This document shows positions 17,556 to 27,998 of a stretch of 64,000 nucleotides of DNA, piece by piece. Within the stretch, counting starts at the first letter, position 1, and each line of letters starts with the position of its first letter. Position numbers and translations under genes: made by a program. The notes under the pieces are model-generated. The model did not search any database. It saw only the letters and a list, made by a program, of their open reading frames with translations, and was not told the origin of the DNA. Where the stretch lies: assembly GCA_963701665.1 (NCBI GenBank), contig OY969622.1:672001-736000 (forward strand), given 5' to 3'. The DNA is from Candidatus Babeliales bacterium (GTDB taxonomy: Bacteria > Babelota > Babeliae > Babelales > JANWKD01).

Positions 17556-20500
17556 ATGAAACTGTTTTCAAGATCGTTGAGTGCCATACTATTTATGTCA
17601 TTACTATGGGTAGTACCATATATTTTCATACAACATAGTTACGCAATGGAAGCTGTAATAATAGAAGAAGGCATTAGTAGGTTGGGACTAGGACTTGAAG
17701 AAACTGCAGCAAGGGGGATGGCTGAAGCTGCAGAAGAAGCATTTGGAAGAGTTACTGGTGCCGAGTTAGAATCTGCAGGTGCAGGTATTAGAGGAGCGTT
17801 GGATACAAGTCTTGAAAAAGGACTAGCTAATCTTAAAGAAGAGATTGGGGCACTGAAAGCTGCTGGTAAAGAATTGACGCCGGAAAACTTGAAAAGTGCA
17901 GCGGCTAAAGCATTCGGCGATCAAAAATCCGTTTTTAGCAAAGATGTTGAGGGTATTTTCAAAGAACAAGGTGGATTTAGTCCTGCTGACAAAGCAGCGC
18001 TTAAAAGTGTTTTGCCTGAAAGTGCTTTTAGAGGCGAACCTATTCCTAATGTTTTAGCTCAAGGAAAAGTGCTTTCTGTCGACATAAAAACATTACCAGC
18101 AGTAGATCAGGCTACAAGCAAAAGTCTAGTTGCTTTTGATGAGGTTGAAGCTTCCGGTAAAAACTTGGAAGCTTTAAAAGAAGGTGGCGGAACAGAAGCG
18201 GAAATAAAGGGTGCCGAGGGTGAACTAAAAACTGCAAAAAGTGATTTAGCAACAGATCAACAAGCCAGAGCTACTCAAAGTGATACAGAAGTTAGTGCAG
18301 CCCAAAAAAAAGTTAACGCAGCGCAAGAAAAATTTGATAAAGCTACAACGATAGAAGGAAAAAGGGCGGCAGGTGAAGAATTATCGCAAGCGAAGAATGA
18401 GTTAAATGAAGCGGGCAAAGTAAAAGCTGCCGATAATAATGTAACCTACAAGCAGAAATGGCAAGAAGCAAGAAATGAGCGCATGGATAAACTTAGTGCA
18501 AATAAGCAGGCAGAGAAAGAATTAGGGGATGCTAAAACTGCTCGAAAAGCCCTTGATAACGATCCTAATGCGACGGCTGAACAAAAAGCTGCTGCGGATA
18601 AAACTGTTACTGAAAAGCAAGGTGCGGCTGAAAAAGCCGGAAAAGAATTAAAAGCCGCTGATGAGGCAGTCGTTAAACAAGAAAATGAGTTGATGGAAAA
18701 CTCTAGTATGTGGGGCGATCCCCGTAAAGGGCCCTTAGTTAACCGGGAGCACATAGAAATCACAGGTTCACGTATGGGGCGAAGTTCATGGGATGCATTA
18801 ACGGGTACTCCAAAATGGATTGGTTCAAAATTATGGGGCGGTATTACTGGCGCCATTGATCAAATGCTTATTGCCCTGTGGTTCACCGTGCCAAATATGG
18901 TAATCGAGGCATATAACACGGCTCAGGCAAAGAAAAAATTATTAGAGACGCAAAAAAAATATCAACAATGGGGTGGCATGTGGCTGAAAATTCCTGATTT
19001 CTTTATCAATGAAAATGAGCCTGCGAATTCTCTCCATATTTATGTCGGTGTCCCTAATGACGGCTTTCCAATCACTGAAGAGTTTTTAAAAACTGCAAAT
19101 TATTTTGTCGTGAAATCGGATTATGCGCCATGGGGCAGTTCATCTATCTTTGATAGTGTTTCTGCTATGGTGCATTTAAATACGGGTTATGTTTTTGTCA
19201 GTGATGGGCAACCTGCTGATCCAGATGAACCTACTATGCCTTTTGGAGAAATGGCAAAAGATCAAGCAGGCTTAATTGGACATCTAGATGATTTATCAGG
19301 AAAGGCAGGTACAGGGTTAAAAACTGAAGGTGTTCAATACTATGTTGATAGTTATGAAGCAGGATATAAAGGCAGTCATCTTGTTGCTACATTATTCAAA
19401 TCGAAGGGGGAGCCAGGGTCTGAACAAGAGCTAACACTTGAAATGATGCCACCGATTCTTGTGCCAACCTTTAATGCCTTAAAAGGTGGTACCAATTTTG
19501 GTACTGATAATGCAGGAAAGCCGCTGTATTTAGTCGAAGCTTTTAAAGGGTTCAATAAATCCGATCAAGATAACGGTAAGCAACTTATGGAAGCGCTTAC
19601 CGGAGCGCCACTTGATGATCCTTCTAATGAAGCTGCAGATGATGATAATTATGTTTTGCAAGGTGTGTATATTTATCAGACAAAAGATACACCCATTGTT
19701 GATCTGGTCAAAAAACAAATTTCAGCCAATGATCCGCAAGGGCAAATGCTCCGTGACGCTGTTACTGATTATGTGGTAATGCTTAATAGAGATAATAAGG
19801 TTGTGCCGCTTATGACGCCGCAGCCGATGGTGTTGCCTCCCGGTTCAAAAGATTCTGCTTTTGTACATTATGCGCTTAATCCAAGAGCCGATAAAATGAA
19901 AAGTTTAATTGATGGCGGTAGTAAAGCATATGATGCACATGGTAGCACTGAAGATGCGTCTATTCCAGATAAGCTTTCTGCTCCTGAAAGAATTGCTACT
20001 CAAATTAAAGCAATGCAAACATTCTTTGATACAAAAATTAAATATGGGCCGTTTACCTTTGGTGGTACAACGCTTACTATTGATAAACCTCTCGCTGACG
20101 CAAATGTTTTTGTATATAAAGCTGCTGGATTCTTGGAAGGTGGTTTTGATGATTATTTGATTGCTGTTGAAGCAGTAAAAGATGAAAAAACCGGAAAAAC
20201 AGTATTGGCAGTTACTTCTTTACCATCTAATGGGATTGCATGGTTTGTTAGTTTAGTTACTTCACGGTTCTACGATAAAAATTTACAACCATTTGCGCCA
20301 CCAATTGCACCAGAAAAAGATTATTACATTACGAAAGATAACACAGTTGCTACGGGCAAACCATCTGATGGTTCATTACCACAAGCACAAGCACCACTTT
20401 ATACTTTATTTGTGCAAGGTGAATATAATCCAAGTCCTAAACCAGCAGGCTATATTAATAAAGCTAATAAAAGTTGTAGTACATGTTTACCTATTGGTGC

Positions 20501-23500
20501 ATATTGGGCACTTGATGACACATCGCTTTTCTCATTACAAGGAATTTCGCCAATCAAGGATGCTCTTGCACAGTTAAAACAAGCAAGTTTAGATGGGACT
20601 ATTAGAAAAAATCACGAGAGTTGGACTGCTGTGCTTGATGTAAATGATCCCGGTGCGCTATCTAAAAAAATGGGGCCATTTGATTTTGTTACTGCCGGTG
20701 TTGAGCCAATTCGTTTACGTGCCTATAAACCTTCGGCAATTCAATTAGGCTATTATGTATATACGTCAAGCAGGTATCCTGATGAATTCTTAGTGCTTTC
20801 AAAAAATGCTGATGGCACAGATCGCTTTGAAGAATTTAGTGGCCAACAATATGCTATTAGCTTATCAAATGGCAATGTCTATGATGCGCAAGCAAATGGT
20901 AATGCCATTAAGCCAATTAATAATCCTGTTGTGCTTACGCAAAAACTTGGCTTAACGAATACTGGCGTTGACGCGCAGATAGCAAATGAGCAGAAAATTT
21001 TAGATGCTGCAAAAAAATCAGCAAAAGGTGATAGTAAAAAAATTGCTTCGCTTGATGCACAAATTGCTGCATTACCAAGTGTAAAAAATGCGGTTTACCA
21101 AGTTGTTGCTGATATTGGGCAATCGCAAACTGCGTTCAATAATGCTTTAAAAAATAAATTATATAGTGATGATCTCATATTTGCAGGACGTCAATTATAT
21201 CTGTCGAAAGACTCGTATCTTGCAGGACAATATATTTATGCGGATGTTACCGGCCTTGGTGATCCTCTTGATGGTAAAGGAAATGAAGTACCGAGTGTTG
21301 TTAATCAGATTAAAGATTATTACGTTACTTATGAAAAAGAAATAGACGCAAAAACGGGAGAAACATTCGATACCTTTGCCAATCCGATCAGTAAGAACAC
21401 TTTGCAAATTGTGAGTCTTGTTTCCGGAGCAGCCCTTGATCGAGGCGGTTCGTATGCAACCTCATATCAAGCTATAAAAATAGACAAAGCGAGTTATGAT
21501 GATCTGAATAATTTTGTTAACGCTATTTATGCTATTATTTCAACTCGCATGAGCTCAGAAGGGCGTTCTACAACAATTGTATTACAACCTAAAATTCAAC
21601 CACTTCTTGACGCTGCCTATGAAGCAATTAAAAGAGAATTAAAAGCCATTGCGGATGCTAAAAAAGGTTCACTCGCTGAATATTCCGAAAAAGGAAGTCT
21701 CGCAACAGATCTTTTTGCAGAATCAGCTGCATACGTTGCTCAAAGTCCGGCATTATTACCTCGTTACTTAAAACAACCTGTCCAAGGTGGTAAATATTTC
21801 CTCGTTACACCTGCTGCACCAATTGAATTAGGATCAGAAGAAGCAGCGACATATGATGCACAAAGAACCTTCATTGATTATGATATTAATGATCAAGATC
21901 ACGTAGGGGCTAACGCAAAAGGCATGGTCTATGATCGCAATGGTAAACCACTACAGTTGGTAACCGGCTGGCAATTGTTAGCGATGCGTGCGTATGCAGG
22001 AATTTTAGTTGATGCATCAGGTAAACAAACATTAGGTATTGGTGTTGATCATCCTGCATTGCCCTTAACCGTTACCTTCAAAGATAAGACAACACAAAAA
22101 GATATAACACAGAATGTAATGATTGATACGCAGTTCGATATTCCAAAAGATGGCCCGGCAAGTTTCAAATTCTTCTATAACACACAAATTGATAGTTATC
22201 TCGTGCAAATTACGACACAACAATCTAATTACTTTATAGATTTAGTATCAGGCTATGGCTACAACGTAGATGGTACACCACGCTACAGTGAATCTCCCGT
22301 ATTTACCGATGATAAAGGTGAAGTACTACTAGTTGGTACTGATAGTTATGGCCTTAAAAAAGTTGCCTTTAAAAAACAAGGTGCAACTAAATATCTTATT
22401 TATAATCAAATGGTAAGTTTCGGTGATTTTGGAACCTATTCCACCGTTAATGAGAATGGCCAGACGGTTACCAGAAAATTACAGGCATCGGGAAGTGTGA
22501 CTTTCTCCGAATATGGCGATGCACAAGGATCGTATTTTACTTTACTGAGCGATACTTTTGGAGATCCATTAAGTGCGCCTTCATTGTTAGAAGGTGAAAC
22601 GCCTTCGCTGCAGGAATTGCGTCTTGCGTATGCATTCCTTGATAAATATGGCAATCTTTTACCTGCACCATTCTATGTGGTATGGGAGCAGATACAAAGT
22701 CCGAACCCAAGCTTTAATAAAGATGCAGCAGAAGGGCCAGATAATCCAAAATATCTCATGAAAAATACGCTGGTAGGTAAATTTACTCCTGAGCCGGCAT
22801 TGAAGTTCTCATTATTAAACTATGTGCAAACTCGTCAATCAGCATCATCACTTTCTGGAACCTACCAAGCTGATGATTTATATAATTATCCTCGTGGAGC
22901 ATGTGCCCCTAACGATACATCATGTATCAAAACGCCAAAAGTTGTTGGCTTGATTTATTCTGTTGCAGGTAACAAACAAACTATGAAAGAAATTTTCTAT
23001 CAAAATCAGCGTTGTAAATTGACTGCACCAGGAAAAGATATTTATAAAGCAAGCTACAAAGATGAAAAAGGTTCAACAAAAACTGTTAATATTAAATTTG
23101 AAAGCTCACAATCTAAAGATTCCCCATTAACAGCACATTGGGTGAGCGTAACTGATGATACGAAAAAGATTCTAGATTTTGTACAGGAATCATTAGTGTG
23201 GGATACGCTACCATTAGCTACAGGCATCATTGATATAACAAATCTTAATTATAGAAAACGTAACACATGGAAATTGAACGTTACTAATTTTGTTACGAAT
23301 GCTGGATTGACAAAGGATTTCCCAGGAACTCATCTTAATGCCTTGGCAACAAATTTAAATGCCAATAAATCAGTCCAAGTGGGAGATCTTAAACAATGTA
23401 CTGGCATTGCTGCAAGTATCAAAGATCAAATCAGTCTAGGTCTTGGGTCAATTAAATTAGATGATGCCGGACAGCTTTATTTACCACATGCACCAAGCAA

Positions 23501-23837
23501 ACAAGATAAAGGAGCGCCGGTTATTAAACGCTTTATATACAAATTTGGCACAAATGCCCTTGAAGCATCGCAGCTTTCGTTCTATGATCCTGCTCTTAAA
23601 GATTGGTCGGTCGATCTAAATAACGGTATTCTCTACGAACCAAAATCTACATTTGGGGCGTATCCTATCGGCATGGCACTACAGCCATCTGCGCTTGCTG
23701 AACTTCTTGGCAAATTCTTACAACTTTATGTTGATCGTGATGAACAAGGAAATCCAAAAGGGTTGGGCATTATTCAATGTACGTTGCCTGAGCAAAAGGC
23801 AACTCCCGCACCGATGAAAGCTACTTCAAAGCGTTAG
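17556..23837 (+). CDS. 2093-aa exported protein with coiled coil and internal repeat modules
   Basis: AAGGGAG RBS; signal peptide ending SYA-M; A/E/K-rich helical region; recurring vSLvsG..yD motif. Confidence 0.9.
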   Translation: MKLFSRSLSAILFMSLLWVVPYIFIQHSYAMEAVIIEEGISRLGLGLEETAARGMAEAAEEAFGRVTGAELESAGAGIRGALDTSLEKGLANLKEEIGALKAAGKELTPENLKSAAAKAFGDQKSVFSKDVEGIFKEQGGFSPADKAALKSVLPESAFRGEPIPNVLAQGKVLSVDIKTLPAVDQATSKSLVAFDEVEASGKNLEALKEGGGTEAEIKGAEGELKTAKSDLATDQQARATQSDTEVSAAQKKVNAAQEKFDKATTIEGKRAAGEELSQAKNELNEAGKVKAADNNVTYKQKWQEARNERMDKLSANKQAEKELGDAKTARKALDNDPNATAEQKAAADKTVTEKQGAAEKAGKELKAADEAVVKQENELMENSSMWGDPRKGPLVNREHIEITGSRMGRSSWDALTGTPKWIGSKLWGGITGAIDQMLIALWFTVPNMVIEAYNTAQAKKKLLETQKKYQQWGGMWLKIPDFFINENEPANSLHIYVGVPNDGFPITEEFLKTANYFVVKSDYAPWGSSSIFDSVSAMVHLNTGYVFVSDGQPADPDEPTMPFGEMAKDQAGLIGHLDDLSGKAGTGLKTEGVQYYVDSYEAGYKGSHLVATLFKSKGEPGSEQELTLEMMPPILVPTFNALKGGTNFGTDNAGKPLYLVEAFKGFNKSDQDNGKQLMEALTGAPLDDPSNEAADDDNYVLQGVYIYQTKDTPIVDLVKKQISANDPQGQMLRDAVTDYVVMLNRDNKVVPLMTPQPMVLPPGSKDSAFVHYALNPRADKMKSLIDGGSKAYDAHGSTEDASIPDKLSAPERIATQIKAMQTFFDTKIKYGPFTFGGTTLTIDKPLADANVFVYKAAGFLEGGFDDYLIAVEAVKDEKTGKTVLAVTSLPSNGIAWFVSLVTSRFYDKNLQPFAPPIAPEKDYYITKDNTVATGKPSDGSLPQAQAPLYTLFVQGEYNPSPKPAGYINKANKSCSTCLPIGAYWALDDTSLFSLQGISPIKDALAQLKQASLDGTIRKNHESWTAVLDVNDPGALSKKMGPFDFVTAGVEPIRLRAYKPSAIQLGYYVYTSSRYPDEFLVLSKNADGTDRFEEFSGQQYAISLSNGNVYDAQANGNAIKPINNPVVLTQKLGLTNTGVDAQIANEQKILDAAKKSAKGDSKKIASLDAQIAALPSVKNAVYQVVADIGQSQTAFNNALKNKLYSDDLIFAGRQLYLSKDSYLAGQYIYADVTGLGDPLDGKGNEVPSVVNQIKDYYVTYEKEIDAKTGETFDTFANPISKNTLQIVSLVSGAALDRGGSYATSYQAIKIDKASYDDLNNFVNAIYAIISTRMSSEGRSTTIVLQPKIQPLLDAAYEAIKRELKAIADAKKGSLAEYSEKGSLATDLFAESAAYVAQSPALLPRYLKQPVQGGKYFLVTPAAPIELGSEEAATYDAQRTFIDYDINDQDHVGANAKGMVYDRNGKPLQLVTGWQLLAMRAYAGILVDASGKQTLGIGVDHPALPLTVTFKDKTTQKDITQNVMIDTQFDIPKDGPASFKFFYNTQIDSYLVQITTQQSNYFIDLVSGYGYNVDGTPRYSESPVFTDDKGEVLLVGTDSYGLKKVAFKKQGATKYLIYNQMVSFGDFGTYSTVNENGQTVTRKLQASGSVTFSEYGDAQGSYFTLLSDTFGDPLSAPSLLEGETPSLQELRLAYAFLDKYGNLLPAPFYVVWEQIQSPNPSFNKDAAEGPDNPKYLMKNTLVGKFTPEPALKFSLLNYVQTRQSASSLSGTYQADDLYNYPRGACAPNDTSCIKTPKVVGLIYSVAGNKQTMKEIFYQNQRCKLTAPGKDIYKASYKDEKGSTKTVNIKFESSQSKDSPLTAHWVSVTDDTKKILDFVQESLVWDTLPLATGIIDITNLNYRKRNTWKLNVTNFVTNAGLTKDFPGTHLNALATNLNANKSVQVGDLKQCTGIAASIKDQISLGLGSIKLDDAGQLYLPHAPSKQDKGAPVIKRFIYKFGTNALEASQLSFYDPALKDWSVDLNNGILYEPKSTFGAYPIGMALQPSALAELLGKFLQLYVDRDEQGNPKGLGIIQCTLPEQKATPAPMKATSKR

Positions 23838-23843
23838 AACAGA

Positions 23844-23876
23844 GTGGGGAACGTGAATTTTATTCATGTTCCCCAC
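23844..23876 (+). terminator. Stem-loop downstream of the giant gene
   Basis: gtggggaacgtgaat...attcatgttccccac; T run is displaced. Confidence 0.6.
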
Positions 23877-23951
23877 AAATTCTCAGTTTTTTTTGCATGT
23901 GGTTTGCGCTATACTCATAGTATTACATATAATCTGTGTGTAATTAGTTAA

Positions 23952-24107
23952 GCAGAAATAACATTGAATACATGAATGTCATTGCGAGCCAACATAGTTG
24001 GCGTGGCAACCCAGCTTATAAAATTAGTTCCTTAAAGGATATATTAAAATTCTGGATCCCCACGTCGCTACGCTCCTCGGGAAGACATTCGGTCGAATAA
24101 TTTCCTG
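23952..24107 (+). repeat. Palindromic repeat, copy 4 (core 23974-24090)
   Basis: gaatgtcattgcgagccaacatagttggcgtggcaacccagct...ctggatccccacgtcgctacgctcctcgggaagacattc. Confidence 0.9.
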
Positions 24108-24127
24108 TAAATGAGAAAAGGATATTC

Positions 24128-25636
24128 ATGGTAACCATACAACCTTCTGGTTCATCTTTGCTAACAACAAAGATGCCAGCAACAATTCTTTTTGTGCAAA
24201 AAGATTTTTCTCCCCAAGCATTAGAAAAAATAGCACAGCAGTATTTTCCTGCGTTAACAGCCTACTTAAAGGAAGTAGATTTTTCTGGCGCTGCAAAAGA
24301 TATCATCGCTATTCCATGCGGACAAAAAAACACAATTCACACGCTCATTATTGCGGGATTAGGTTCACCAACTGATCATCATTATGATATTGAAATGTAC
24401 CGCCGCTCATTAGGGCGCGCGATAAAGTTGATGCAAAGTAAACATATTGATAAAGCAGTGGTTGCGCTGCCTGAAGCAAAATTGTTTAAGGTTTCTGATG
24501 AATATCTTGCGCGTGAGACAGCAATCATTGCAAATATGGCAGCATATCGTTTTGATGAATATATTACCGATGAACATCGGCGCGTGAATCAAAACTTAAC
24601 GCTCGACTTAGTTGGTGAAGCTCATGATGCGCGTGCGCTTGAAAAAGGATTTAAAACCGGCATGATTGTTGCGCGTGCGGTGAATCGCGCGCGTCATTGG
24701 GTAGATTTGCCGCCTGTTGCGCTGCCGCCAATGGCGCTCGCTGATAAAGCGAATGCGATCGCTAAAGAGCATGGATTAAAAATTACCATTTTTAATGAAC
24801 CGGAAATTATAAAAATGGGCATGGGCGGTTTGGCAGCGGTGTCAGCCGGTTCAGAACAAGATTGTAAATTAGTGATCATGGAATATAAAGCATCGAAAAA
24901 AGATGCGCCAACAATTGCATTTGTTGGAAAAGGTATCACCTTCGATTCAGGTGGCTTAAGTTTAAAACCGGCTGCTTCCATGGAAACCATGAAAGAAGAT
25001 ATGTCCGGTGCAGCGGCGGTAATTGCAGCGATGGAAGCATTAGCGCAACTTAAACCTGAGGTGAATATCATTGCATTAACGCCGTTATCTGAAAACTTAC
25101 CGAGCGGCAAAGCAACAAAACCGGGTGACATTATTCGTTTTTATAATGGAAAAACTGCAGAAGTGCGCAACACCGATGCTGAAGGGCGTTTGATTTTGGC
25201 TGATGCACTTTCTTATGCGGTGAAACATTATAAACCTGATGCTATGATCGATCTTGCGACTTTAACTGGCGCGTGTGCCTATGCGCTCGGGCCATTTTAT
25301 AGTGGCTTGATGTCGCAACATGAAGATTTTTCAGATGCTGTAAAAAGCGCTGCGGATAGTTCTGGCGATCGCGTGTGGGCATTGCCATTCACTAATGATT
25401 ATAAGGCGGCGATTATTTCTGATGTTGCTGATATTTGCAATATTGGCAGTTCAAAATATAAAGCGGGTGCCATTACGGCAGGATTCTTTTTGCAAAATTT
25501 TGTCGATAAAACTCCATGGGTGCATTTAGATATTGCTGGAACCGCGTTTGATGTTCCTGACATTTCTTATTATTCAAAAGGTGCTACCGGGGTAGGCGTT
25601 CGTTTATTGGTGGATCTAGCGCTAAACTGGAAATAA
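24128..25636 (+). CDS. pepA: Leucyl aminopeptidase (M17)
   Basis: VGKGITFDSGG, MKEDMSGAA, NTDAEGRL, HLDIAG. Confidence 0.96.
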   Translation: MVTIQPSGSSLLTTKMPATILFVQKDFSPQALEKIAQQYFPALTAYLKEVDFSGAAKDIIAIPCGQKNTIHTLIIAGLGSPTDHHYDIEMYRRSLGRAIKLMQSKHIDKAVVALPEAKLFKVSDEYLARETAIIANMAAYRFDEYITDEHRRVNQNLTLDLVGEAHDARALEKGFKTGMIVARAVNRARHWVDLPPVALPPMALADKANAIAKEHGLKITIFNEPEIIKMGMGGLAAVSAGSEQDCKLVIMEYKASKKDAPTIAFVGKGITFDSGGLSLKPAASMETMKEDMSGAAAVIAAMEALAQLKPEVNIIALTPLSENLPSGKATKPGDIIRFYNGKTAEVRNTDAEGRLILADALSYAVKHYKPDAMIDLATLTGACAYALGPFYSGLMSQHEDFSDAVKSAADSSGDRVWALPFTNDYKAAIISDVADICNIGSSKYKAGAITAGFFLQNFVDKTPWVHLDIAGTAFDVPDISYYSKGATGVGVRLLVDLALNWK

Positions 25637-25656
25637 ATACTAATAATTTGATTCAA

Positions 25657-25700
25657 AAAAAGAGGGGACATTCAACATACATAGGATGTCCCCTCTTTTT
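25657..25700. terminator. Bidirectional intrinsic terminator
   Basis: aaaaagaggggacat...atgtcccctcttttt between convergent genes. Confidence 0.85.
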
Positions 25701-25712
25701 ATTGTTACAATC

Positions 25713-27752
25713 TTATTGCAAAATTTGTTTAACAGCTGGTGAATATACTTTTGGCGCCATAGGATTGTCGAGAGTGAATTGATCTTCTGAACGTTGCTCT
25801 TTGATCATATTCAGATAACACATTGCTAACGCATCTTGTGCCAGTGCTTTTGGATACTGTTTTTTCTCATGCATTAGCGTATGGCTAAATAGAGTACCGC
25901 TATCGGAGAGAACAGAATAATCACCCGCAACATGCAATTTTTTTCCATCTTGAGAATAACAACATGCTGCGACGCGCAATGAATTCAAATAACTTAAATC
26001 AAATAAATCTCTTCTTTCAAGTGCGATTTCTTGATCATTTAAATAATAAATTTGTGCATTGCCATTTTTAAATCTTGTAAAAAATTGTTGTCCTTCTGGA
26101 GAAATACGGCTTTCTAGAGGAGTACGATATTTTAGAAAAGAATATAAATTATACTCATAAATAGGCTTTTTATTTTTATCATCAATAAAGACTATTGCTT
26201 CATTGGTTGTAACAAGATGCGCATAATTAGAAGGGGTATGAGAAACTGTGTTCGTTGGAGCATCGTAAATAGTTTCATCTATCATAACATGTGTTCGTGT
26301 ATCATAGTGCTGTACCTTTTTACCAGTACAAAGACGAAATGCGTGATGATCGGGGGAGCATTCAACATCAGTTATCGGTTCTGGTAGACTAATTTTTTGC
26401 TTTGACGTGTGTGTAGTAAGATCCCATAGGTAAACTGAATTATCTTTAGCTGAAAAGAAACTAGAGTCTCCGCTTGCTGATAAGAGCGTATTATCATCAA
26501 GAAAAGAAACAGCATTAACATGGCTATTATGGCCAGATAAAGGAATTGGTTTAGGCTTTGCAGAACCGATATCGAAAATTCTAAGATATGGAGCTTGCGT
26601 TGATCCTGCGGCAATTGTATTGCCTAGAGCACGAAGTATAGTTATTTTTCCTGCGGGCGTGATATTATCATTATATATACATCCATGTGGCATTAATGCT
26701 GTTACCGTTTTACTTATATGACGAATAGCGCCATCAGAATACCCAAGCACTATTTTATTATTATTTGATAAAGCAGCCATCGCAGTGATGAATCCTCGGT
26801 CCTCATACCTCCAAATAGTTTCCGATATATTTTGCGGCTTTTCAGTAAGATTTTTTCTAAATATAATTTTCGCAACTTTTTCTGAAAATTCGGGGGATAA
26901 ATTGAGTGATTCTAACCATTCGTATGCTTGTGCACATTTAGCAGCTAAATATGGGCCAACAAAATCAGTCTTTTCCTTATTAAAAATATCGTGTAGCTTG
27001 TAATATGGATATTCCGTCGAAACTCGATCTAATTCAGCCTTTGACAATGCTTTATTTGCGACAAAACGAGCACATGCTTTGACAAAAAATTTTACTAATT
27101 TTTTGTCATATTTTTTATCATAAGTTCCATCGTGTAAATGCATAGCCTCAGTTGCATATTTATTCATGTAATGGCAGGCGATGCCCTCGACTTCGTAATT
27201 TTTATATACGTCCGGTAAGGCAAGATAACGAGAGATATTATTAGAAATATCATCGTATATAAAATTTTTCATTGCAGGATGGGCATTGATGTGATGTTGC
27301 TCAAGATGTTTTGCTATACTATTAAACAGCTTATACAATCCGTAGCTCGTGGTATTTTTTTCTTGACCCTTATCCTCTTCTTCTTTTTCTTTATCTTTAG
27401 TTTGCTTATTATGGGCGACATTATTGTTGTTATTTAGATGAGCTAATGTTTCTTTCAGTAAGCTACCAATGTTTCGTGTTTTCTCTAAGCCAGTATTTTC
27501 TAATGTACATGCTATTTCATATATGGTATCAAGTGACACTTTTTGTCGAGATATATATTCAAGGACAGCTTGTTGATGATTCTCGCCTTGATTATCGTTA
27601 AGGAGTCTTTCGATGTCCTGTACAATTTTAAAAGTTCTACTCGCAACTTCAAGCTGAGAGGGAATGTCTCTTTCTTTTTCTTTCTCTTTTTCCATGCTTA
27701 ATAGTTCGATGCTAAAAAACAAACTAGCTAGAAGGAAAAAATATTTTTGCAT
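25713..27752 (-). CDS. Exported WD40-repeat protein
   Basis: Signal peptide ending LLS-M; LSGHNSHVNAVSF...LLSASGD...VYLWDL. Confidence 0.85.
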   Translation of the reverse strand: MQKYFFLLASLFFSIELLSMEKEKEKERDIPSQLEVASRTFKIVQDIERLLNDNQGENHQQAVLEYISRQKVSLDTIYEIACTLENTGLEKTRNIGSLLKETLAHLNNNNNVAHNKQTKDKEKEEEDKGQEKNTTSYGLYKLFNSIAKHLEQHHINAHPAMKNFIYDDISNNISRYLALPDVYKNYEVEGIACHYMNKYATEAMHLHDGTYDKKYDKKLVKFFVKACARFVANKALSKAELDRVSTEYPYYKLHDIFNKEKTDFVGPYLAAKCAQAYEWLESLNLSPEFSEKVAKIIFRKNLTEKPQNISETIWRYEDRGFITAMAALSNNNKIVLGYSDGAIRHISKTVTALMPHGCIYNDNITPAGKITILRALGNTIAAGSTQAPYLRIFDIGSAKPKPIPLSGHNSHVNAVSFLDDNTLLSASGDSSFFSAKDNSVYLWDLTTHTSKQKISLPEPITDVECSPDHHAFRLCTGKKVQHYDTRTHVMIDETIYDAPTNTVSHTPSNYAHLVTTNEAIVFIDDKNKKPIYEYNLYSFLKYRTPLESRISPEGQQFFTRFKNGNAQIYYLNDQEIALERRDLFDLSYLNSLRVAACCYSQDGKKLHVAGDYSVLSDSGTLFSHTLMHEKKQYPKALAQDALAMCYLNMIKEQRSEDQFTLDNPMAPKVYSPAVKQILQ

Positions 27753-27998
27753 GATGTTCCTTTAAGAATTAGTTAAAAATCTAGTCAATAAAATAACTTT
27801 TCTACATTTTTTGTCAAACACAATGTGAAATTTTTTGTTTTTTAAAGTACTTAAATTAATTGATTATTATTTTCAATTGTTAACAAGAAACACTAAATGG
27901 ATTGGCAACAGTTTTTATTGACGTATAAAAAATTTTTGCAATAATATTAAGAAAAATAAATATTTAAAAAAATAACTTTTTTATACAAAAGGTATAAG

